Positions 54,557-64,000 of a stretch of DNA of 64,000 nt are shown piece after piece. The DNA lies in assembly GCF_009914755.1 (NCBI RefSeq), contig NC_060925.1; one strand, given 5' to 3'. The stretch is from the human T2T-CHM13v2.0 reference genome, Homo sapiens. Positions within the stretch are counted from its first letter, which is position 1. The number at the start of each line of letters is the position of its first letter. The translations under genes were made by a program, and so were the position numbers. Below the pieces are notes generated by a model. The model was not told where the DNA came from, made no database searches, and was given only the letters and a program-made list of their open reading frames with translations.

Positions 54557-57500
54557 AAGATACATTGCTCAGTGTGATTGCCATGAACACTTGCTTAAAA
54601 TAAAGAGTTTGAATATACAGGTTACAGAAGGGAGACAGTAGCGAATGGAATCCGAGAGATTCTATTGCTTCGATGGGGCCATAAAGCTTAAGCTTAATCC
54701 AGAGGAGTAGACAAAAAGGTAAAGCTCTAAGTCTGTCTCATCAGAGTCCTTTTCCATTAGGTATGTCTTCCTGCTCCAACATGAGGTCCCTGCAGTATAA
54801 GGTTTCATCAGAGGCAGGTAGAACAATTAATTAGCTGCTGCTCTCCAACTAATACACCCCCTAATGGTAGCACCACAAAGATTCAGGGGCATGCCTGTAA
54901 GAGCAGTCAGTTCCAGGTAGTTACTGTGAAGAATATCACTGCAAATGAGGATCAATGTCCAACACCACTTTGGAATAGTAATTTCTTAATTCTTATTCAA
55001 ATCTGGCAAGCAAGATAATATAACTTGATCTGAATTGGCCATGTGATCCTGATGGCGTCCTGCTAATGGGCTGTTCACTTAATTTATGTAATTTAAAAAA
55101 ATTAAATAGTCATATTTTAAATCCCCACTGCAGTCCTTCAGAATGAAAGTATGCATTTAAAAGTTCCAGTGTCTTTATAAATCAGCATTACCAAACTTCT
55201 TACCTTGTTGACTATGTTCTCCTAAAGTTTTACCTTTGCTTGGCTCCCCTTTTGGCTTAGGAGGGAACATTCCAGAATCCCATCGGCAAGTCACTTAAGG
55301 CTCTGCTGCAGGAAACTAGGTTTGTCAATTTGGTTTTACACTGAAACATAAATCTCCTGCTTTATGAATATATAGTAAGAACACAGCATGCTGCATGACA
55401 GATATATTTGCAAAAAAGACTTAGATAGCAGGGCAAATGCCATGTTCAAAAGCCAACAAAATCAAATTCACTCTTTGTTACACACACGATTCCAGAGAAA
55501 ACACATTTCAATTCATGAAACATTTACTGAGAGCCTACTATGTTCAAGGCATTGTGCCAGCTACTGATAACATTATCTTTGTTTTTAGATCAATTTATTT
55601 GCCTTGGTCTATGTGTGCAGTGGCTGCCCGAAACTTCCTTAGGCTTCTCGTGGGTTCAAGGTTTAGAATAATCATATCAGCAAAGGGAAGGCTTGTCAGA
55701 GGCCTTCAAAACTTCTCATTAGCTGCTAAAATCTTTGCTTTGGGCATTCTTCAGTACCTGGAGCAGTCTTCTCAGTTTCCTCTAGTCTAGGACAAGACAA
55801 CTTTCTCTGGCACCTTTTGTCAAAGATCCAAAGAGAAATGGACATTACGTCTCCTTTAGAACATGCCTGAACACAGACTGGCTGCTTTCTATGTTGGGCT
55901 CTGCTGTAATTGCAGTGAGGTTTACAGCTGCTTTGTTCTGGTTTATAAATAATTTCTTAATAAATTAACAAAACCATTGGTGACAGCCACAGGATACAGC
56001 AGTATGTAAAGAGGCCGGCCACATTCCACACACATGTTCTGCCTTGTTCTTTTGTTTTTCTGTTTTTGTTTTGCATGTGTGTGTGTTATGTTTTGCTATT
56101 ATGGAACAGGAAATAGGATGAAGTCAAATGACTTTGTATTCTGCTAATCCTCTCCTCTCAGCTTGTACTGGGTCCCTGAAAGGAAGGATAAATCAATCAC
56201 TACACCACATAGTCCAACTATTCCAAGTAGGAGGAGAAAAGTGGCTAGATGACTTATGGTTCAGAGCAGATTTAAGGAAGGTAGCAAGATACATGACAGA
56301 AAGAGAGAGATGTTTGATTCATTTAAATAAAAATAGAATTATATTAAAATCTGTGTTCATTTAACATATTCATTTAATCATATATAAAATATGTATGAAC
56401 ACATAAGGTATACACTATATGAGAATATATAGTACATAGTAAAATACACAAATAGGATATATGTTCACTCTACAGACATATGGATATGCCTGTGTACAGA
56501 ACAATGAGATGGAGTTTCACAGATTGGCTTCTAAAGATGTCTGGGGAGAGGAGGCATGGGATGAGGGGTGCTGAGGAGCAGGTGGAGTATGAGGAACCAC
56601 TAGTCTGAGCAGTTTCATTTTATCCATCTATAAATTAAGGCTCCCGGTTCCAAGTTAGATTTTGCTTGGGAAAAGTCACCCATTCTCCCACTATTTTTTT
56701 TTTAATAGTCATTTTTGTTTTTATTGAATGTTGATGCAATCTTAAAGGTTTTTTTTTTAATGATTTCCATCTATTTCCTTATTCATCAATTTTAATTTCA
56801 TCTTGCCAGGGATTTTCCTTAAAAATATTCTGAGATCATTTTAGATTCATAGGAAAGTTTTAAATATATTTGTGTTTCCTTTAGTGTCTTCTGACGCTAT
56901 TTTTCATTTTTTGCTGCTCCCCAAATATACGGGCTATCTTTTTCTCATATAGGTTGATCTCCATGTGGCCCTCCTCCCTCCCTCAGATAAAACAAGCTAT
57001 GCTTACTCCCAGTTCCATTTCCTTCCACTCGTTCAACCACTACTCGTTAAGGCCAAACTCATGCCTCATTCCTACAAAAATCCCTTCTTAGAACCTCTAG
57101 CCTGTAACCATCTTCGTCCCTTTTTTTTAAAAAAAAAACTCCTTTTCCTCTATTTGACCTTCCAATTGAAGTCATGGGTTTCTGAAGATACTTTCCTTGT
57201 TGTGTAATTCATTTTTATTTTTGAATTGCTAGAGTAAGCCTAGTATGAATAATCTCTGAGTAGACGTGTCCCTTAGGTAGGAACAACCAGCTGAACACAA
57301 CTGGGATCTTCTTCCCTACCCTGCTGCAGCCAACCTGAACTATATGCATCCACTTCATTTTACATTTCACTTGAGACAATGCACTGTCCTGTAGGGTCAC
57401 CTGGAGCTGCAACAGGGAATTTTCTCTCCGTATACCTAACTGGCCAGAGCTTAAAACAATTCCAGATCTCCTGATCTATTTGGCTGGATAACATAAGAAT

Positions 57501-57862
57501 GCTATTTTGGTGAAGGTGAGGTGATGTTCATTTAAACTGATAGCTACTGTCTACTATTTTAAATGCAGTAGAAGATGTAGTCACAGAGGAAATATATCTA
57601 ATGGCAAACAAAACATATAAGAAATAGAAGCCATCTTTGGGTTTGAAAAAAGTATAGTAAAGAATTGGCAATACCAACATCATAATCCATGAATGTGCTG
57701 TAAATATGCCTTGAAAAGCTTCCTCATCCTCCAGTATGCCTGTATTCCTTCAAGAAGTCATTTAACAACTATTTTTATTCCACTTAAAAATTGCATTTTG
57801 TTTTTCCATTATCTTAATTACTAGATTGCCAGGATCCACAAATATTTTATAACACTGCTTTC

Positions 57863-58184
<322 letters not shown>

Positions 58185-58204
58185 TTATAACAACTGCTTT
58201 CATT

Positions 58205-58390
58205 CTTTGGGCAGTTATCCACAACTCTTTAAGAAAGTATCATTTTCCTCACTTTTCAGATTTAAAACCGATCGTCCAAGTGGCAATTAATTTGTCCACA
58301 GTCATTAAGCATACAGAGTAGAGTTTCCAACTCTGTTCTGGCCAATTCAAAAGCCCAGATCCTCCCACAGAACCACGCTGACTCACAGTT
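58205..58390 (-). mobile_element. MIR fragment
   Basis: Degenerate tccacaactcttt...attttcctcacttttcaga...aatttgtccacagtca. Confidence 0.5.
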
Positions 58391-60299
58391 TAATATATAC
58401 AGTATTTCAGCTACATATCAGTTAAGTAAACTTTCCTGGAATTGCCAAATTATATATATTACATTCATACTGTAGGAAAATAGCTTTTTAATTTCATGGA
58501 ACTGATTTCAAACTTGAACTATCAGAACTATTAGAACACAAGCACTTTAAATTCTGAGACTCTCTATGCTAGTACATGTCTGAATTAGGTCAAGAAAAAT
58601 AGGAAAATTTACTCTTGGTTGTTAAACATGCTGTCGCTTTTATACAAAGATGATATTGCATGTACATCCTGGCATGTACTTGGAATTGTTCCTTAAAGTG
58701 ATGATGATTGTTTAATTTTTTAAAGAGTATGTATACTATGGTTCTGTTTATGGAACCCCATTTTTTTCTGTTTGTTAATGTAACTGACCTATTCATAAAT
58801 GCTTTAGAATTTTCTGCCACATGCTGAAACTCCTACCCACTTCCTCTGAATGGCTTGTTTTCCCTCTCTGAAAAACTACAAGGTACTCATCATCATTGAA
58901 CTGTATTAAAAGATATACCTAAATGCATTCATATCTCTCCATAGAACTTTCATATAAAAAGGATAGAAAACATTTCTTTAAAGCCATAAGAAGAAGCACT
59001 TTCCCCATTTAAAAATGTTAGTTTTCAGTCTCCTGGTGACAAAAAGGAGCTAAATCTTAGATGCAGTGAAGTTCTATTCACTTTGAATATTCATTGTTAT
59101 GGTGGTTTCTCTGCCTGATTGGTTAAAGAAGACAACACAATTTGTAATTGACTTTTTTTTTTTACCACCAAACAACTAATTTTGTCTTCTAAAAAAAGCT
59201 CTAGGGTTTATTAACTGTGCAATCACAATTTACTGAGGTCCTCTCATCAAATTAGCCCTGAAACAATGCAATTTTTCCTTTATTTTACTTCTATTTCAAG
59301 AAGGGCTTTCCAGTATGCCTCTTATTAAGACCGACAGTCACTCTCCTCTAATTTAGGTGTTTTTCTCATGGCAACAATTCGTTATTACAGCTGCAGAATT
59401 TTTAAAATCCAATTCTGGGCTTCCTTTTCCTTATTTCCTATGGCATCATAAAATGTGTTACCTTCAAATTGTAGTAATCTCAGGCTCTTCAAAGCAATAT
59501 GCTCTGTTGTCCTTTAGAAAAAGGAATTTCAATCTAGGAATAATTCGCTAAATTTCTGAGACTATTTGCTTGTTTGTCTTATTTATTCATGTATTTTACA
59601 CTTAGGCTTTATAATAACAAGCTTCAATAAACTATAGTGTTAAAATCTTTTTTTTTAAGTGTTCATTTCTTTCAGCATGTCCAGCAAGATAAATTTACTA
59701 TAGTTCACCTTTCTCCATTTTACCTACAGGGTCATGGGATTCGTACAGACTCTCACCAATACCTATATCAAAACTTGCTTCTACAGAATCACAGAAATAT
59801 TCTTTATCTAGTTCCTAGCACCCACCTTAACACTTGCCCCTCAAAGGAACAGCCAATATCCCCAATGCCAAATGAGTGTGTGAATGGAAATCCAGAAATA
59901 GAGCCCCGAAGATCAATAGATGTGACTGAGAAAGCGTTTACGTTCTCAGGGCTAGAGTTCACTGTGTTTCTAAGTGGATCAGAGATATGATCCCCAGCCA
60001 CTGTGAATGGAAAGGAAACTAGATGCCATCAGAGGGAGATACAAGTACTAATGCAGTGAGGTAATGCGGCAAAGAATAGAAGAGTCAAGGAATGAAATGC
60101 TGCCCTGAGGAATCTTAAAATAAGCTCATCCTTGCATCCCAATCCTCAGAAGAATGAGAAAAGGTAAAGGACAGAATTTCAGAGTTTAAAACCTTTGGAA
60201 CTGAGAAGTGTGAACTTTTACTTCCTGTGCCTATCAACTGAAGTTACACCCTGAGCCGTTGTAGTGTTATCTCAGCATGTTTCCCTGCGAATGTAATAA

Positions 60300-60770
60300 G
60301 CGAAAGATTGCTGACATCCTTCCAGTTTGGTGGGAGGGGGTCAAAATGCTGACTCTCCACACTGAGAGATCCAGCAGGGGTGGCCCTGACACATATTCTG
60401 ACTGGACATTTCTAAGAAGGTTGCTGAAGCACAAATTTCAAGCCAAAATGCCTAGGAAATGGTCAACGTAGAGGGTTTTTGCACATGCTAGGCACACTGC
60501 AGCAGGCTTTTTTGCAGAAAGCAATTCAGCAGGCTGTCAATCAAAGGTCCTGAGGCTGACAGGCCATGGACACCCACTTCTGACCTTGCTGGGCTATCAG
60601 GACAAGGAGCATAGAAAGTGGCTGACAGCAAAAATCCCCCCAGTGAAGGAAAATGAAATTAATCTGTTTATAAAAGGAGTTTCTCCATTCTGGTCTTCCT
60701 TGCAAACCCATCGTGCACCATACTCTGATTTCACCTAAATCTCTGGAAGCCAAATGAGGTGCTGTCAGAA
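60300..60770. promoter_or_regulatory. Candidate enhancer (PBX-MEIS decamer, TCF/LEF, MEIS and MAF motifs)
   Basis: CTGTCAATCA 60534-60543, ATCAAAG 60540-60546, TGACAG at 60557 and 60623, CTGTCA at 60762, AAAATGCTGAC 60343-60353. Confidence 0.4.
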
Positions 60771-61127
60771 AAGTAAAAGGGCACCACTTTTAGCAATTTC
60801 CACAAAAGCAGGTATTTATAGTTTTAACATTTTTTTTGTTTTGTTTGCCAACAGTATTTCTCAGTGGGTAGGACATCTCACATATCCACTGATTTCGCTT
60901 TCCTGATAAATCAATTCTCAATAAATCAAGTGACTTCTAGGTGAATATATGTGAAGACATTTAAGTATAATAATTATTTTACTGTGTATAGAAAGTGGAG
61001 GAAAAGATGAAAAGGTCTCTTTTTATTTACTTTAACCAGGTTAAAAATACTGAAATCTTATATGGAGATAGCCCAGCATGCAGATTGAATAAAGTCAATC
61101 TTATCTCCACATTAAATGACTTTAATA

Positions 61128-61425
61128 GGCTGGGTATGGTGGCTCACATCTTAATTTCAGCACTTTGTGAGGCTGAGGTGGGAGGATCACTTGAGGCCAG
61201 GAGTTCAAGACCAGCTTGGGGAACATGGGAAGATCCTGTCTCTACAAAAAGTACAAAAATTAGCTGTATGTGCTGGTACATGACTGTAGTCCCAGTGACT
61301 TGGAAGGCTGGAGTGGGAGGATCACTTGTGCCCAGAAGGTTGAGGCTACAATCAGCCATGATAGCACCAATGCACTCCAGCCTGGGTGACAGAGTGAGAC
61401 CCTGTCTCAAAAAAATAAAAATAAA
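61128..61425 (+). mobile_element. AluJ
   Basis: gggaggatcacttgaggccagg and gaggctacaatcagccatgat, with a short A tail. Confidence 0.93.
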
Positions 61426-62547
61426 TATATGCTTGCAATAAACTGAACTTGATTGCTTGAAAATTTGTTGAGTTGGGGTGTTTTATAAAGCCCATATCAT
61501 TTTGTCCTTATGAATGAACTTTGATAGATTAATGAGCCTAGTCACTTATTGGAATACAGCCACAAGCTATGAGCTGCGGATGCAAAAGTGAATACAATAC
61601 AATTCCAACTTTATTGTTCAGGAGTTTTTGGTCCAGAGGGGAAATCTTAAATATAACTGACCACTATGATATAATAAATTATGTGACCCTATCACTGCTC
61701 CTGTTGGGCTGGAAATAACAAAATGAGGGTTTTACAGTGAACATTTATTGAGCAATTCCAATGTATAGAAGAATAAACTCAGCCAAATACATCCCCTTAT
61801 TGCCCTCACCCTGAAAGTGTTCTCCATTGCCTAGATGGACACATGGATGCATCAACCTGGGACACATGACCTGTGATATAAAAACCCAAACTATGGGAGT
61901 CTTGCCTAGACCAAATAAACACACATGTAGTTTCAAAATAAATACAAATTCACACACATACACAAAAACACATAAAACTGTGTGCATGTCTCTCCTATCG
62001 CACTGTTTCTTTTAAATGTTTGTGTCCCTACTATGCAAAATCGTCCATTTAATTTCCCCACCCAACTCCTGAACCTTCGAGTAATAACTTCTAGGGAAGA
62101 AGAAATAATAAAGAATGATTACACGATCTTATTTGGGCAAAAAGCTAACATATGGGTATCAAGGCCAAAAATATGGATTTCAAGAAAAAACATATGGACG
62201 CCCATATGGAAAAAAAGGTTTCCTGGCCGGAAACTCTGTTGTTGCATTTTTTATGCCTATATGTATGGTACAGTTTTTCCCTTTTCTTGAACAACGCTGT
62301 CTGCCGACAGATTATAACATTATAAATTCACATGCAAATTTTATAAAATGCTCCACTGTTATCATCTTTATTAGATTTTTTTTACATTCTCTTAATCCTT
62401 TTCATCACTTAATAGCTCAACAAGTAATGGAGTTTTAGTAAAACGGTGAAGCTTATTACAATCAATCCTGTGGCTGAATCTCTCCTTGATGCTCAACTAA
62501 TGAAACTTACTTTTCTCCAGAACCTCAAATAGAAAATCCTTTCCTTT

Positions 62548-62640
62548 GCACACATACACATGCATGGGGATGTGCATATGCACACACGTGCACATGCACA
62601 CGCACACATATGTGAGCAGACACATACACACGTACATATT
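62548..62640. repeat. Degenerate (CA/TG/CATG) alternating purine-pyrimidine tract
   Basis: gcacacatacacatgcatg...cacacacgtgcacatgcacacgcacacatatgtg. Confidence 0.8.
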
Positions 62641-62932
62641 AGGTGGCTCACTTATGATCTGGAAGAATAAGCCTGCTTTTGTCTTGAGAAACTACACAAG
62701 CTTGGCAACAGTCACTTGCTCGTGCTCATCAGCTTAGATCCTAGACAGGACCCATACCATAGAGATAGCAAAACATGGGTCAACTAACAGGTATACTGTC
62801 AATAAAGTTTCCATCTTAGTCTCTTAGAATTTATTCATGGAGACCTTTTTTAGGGGGCAGAGGAAATAAAGTTATCAAGAAAGAAGAGGAGGTTTTTAAG
62901 GAAAACAAATATACTCTTAGTGTGGTGCCCGC

Positions 62933-63240
62933 TTTTTTTTTTTTTTTTTTTTTTGAGATGGAGGCTTGCTTTCTTGCCCAGGCTAGAGTGCAGTGGCACC
63001 ATCTCAGCTCCCCACAATCTCCACCTCCTGGGTTCAAGCAATTCTCCTGCCTTAGCCACCCGAGTAGCTGGGAGCTGGGACAACAGGCATGTGCCAGCAT
63101 GCCCGACTAATTTTTGTACTTTTAGTAGAGACGGAGTTTCACTGTGTTGGCCAGGCTGGTCTCGAACTCCTGACCTTGTGATCCTCCTGCCTTGGCCTCC
63201 CAAAGTGATGGGATTACAGGCATGAGCCACCGTGCCTGGC
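62933..63240 (-). mobile_element. AluS (Sg-like)
   Basis: TSD tggtgc(c/t)c(g/a)ctttt at 62923-62936 and 63241-63254. Internal 7-bp duplication agctggg-agctggg. Confidence 0.95.
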
Positions 63241-64000
63241 TGGTGCTCACTTTTAAGCAAGTAGATTCTTTGTGAGCAGGTATTTAAATTTGAAGTTATA
63301 TAATGAATAAAAGAAAACATTATTTAATGGAAAACTTAGTGTGCCCCTTATGGCATTCAGATAATTAGAACATAATGTTAAACTCTGATCTTAGAATATG
63401 ATACTTTAGGGGCAAATATATCAGGCATGCCTACCAAGAAGGAGACCCTCTCCCTAGAGATCTGTTTATTTTGCAGTTTTAAGGGGAAAGGGCATACTTC
63501 CTGATTTTTGGTCCCTGGAGCCCTAGATTTCTAGTAAGAGCATTGACTTCTGAAGGTTCCCTACAGCGTTTATATACTACCTCTCCTGGGGGAAAGAAAA
63601 CTAGCCTCTATGTAACAAAAAATCATATTATGGGGAGTTTAGCTGTGGTATTTCAAGCTATGAGGAAATATTTCAGTTCCTTCTATCCTCTTTATGGAAG
63701 CTAAAGTGGATGTTGGGGGTTTGGAGGACCTCAGTTCATGCAGGCTGAGTCTGTAGGATTTGTTCTGAACCAATTTATACCAACCGTCTAGAAGGCAAAG
63801 AAAGTAGGGAGAAATTAAATTCAGCGAAAGGACGAAGCAGTGGCAAGCTGATCTATGGCAATGAACACAGCACTGTCCTCACATACTTTAACAGCACTCA
63901 GCTATTACAGCAATTACAGCTAGCACATCTGAATTATTTAATCGTCCTCTCCACCACCCGCCCTGCTTGGCACCTCTAGAACCAGAATAAAAGCCCAACT

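Noticed and set aside
62115-62438. ORF with YG heptad repeats (TYGYQGQ/KYGFQEK/TYGRPYG)
   Set aside because: The peptide periodicity follows trivially from the 21-bp DNA repeat, and there is no other coding evidence.

Overview
Primate (human-like) non-coding genomic DNA: AT-rich, CpG-depleted, with no recognisable protein-coding exon, RNA gene or CpG island. I cannot name the locus from sequence alone. Much of the window is transposon-derived: 16 Alus (J, S and Y ages, most with readable target-site duplications, TSDs), a near full-length dead Tigger1 (9813-12280), three solo LTRs (MER57, MLT1A, MLT2A), two large fragmented old L1s, and L2, MIR and MER DNA-transposon fossils. The listed ORFs are Alu, L1 or Tigger read-throughs or chance frames. 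Between the repeats lie several unique blocks rich in developmental TF motifs (SOXE dimer sites, POU, PBX-MEIS, E-box clusters), which suggests an intron or gene desert of a developmental regulatory landscape; this is inference. I found no convincing novel biological system. The best leads are a local ~270-bp duplication whose second copy has full splice signals, several strong orphan splice-site pairs, a fold-back duplication scar inside Tigger1, and candidate enhancers. Repeat subfamilies are called from remembered consensus features, and old-repeat boundaries are approximate.
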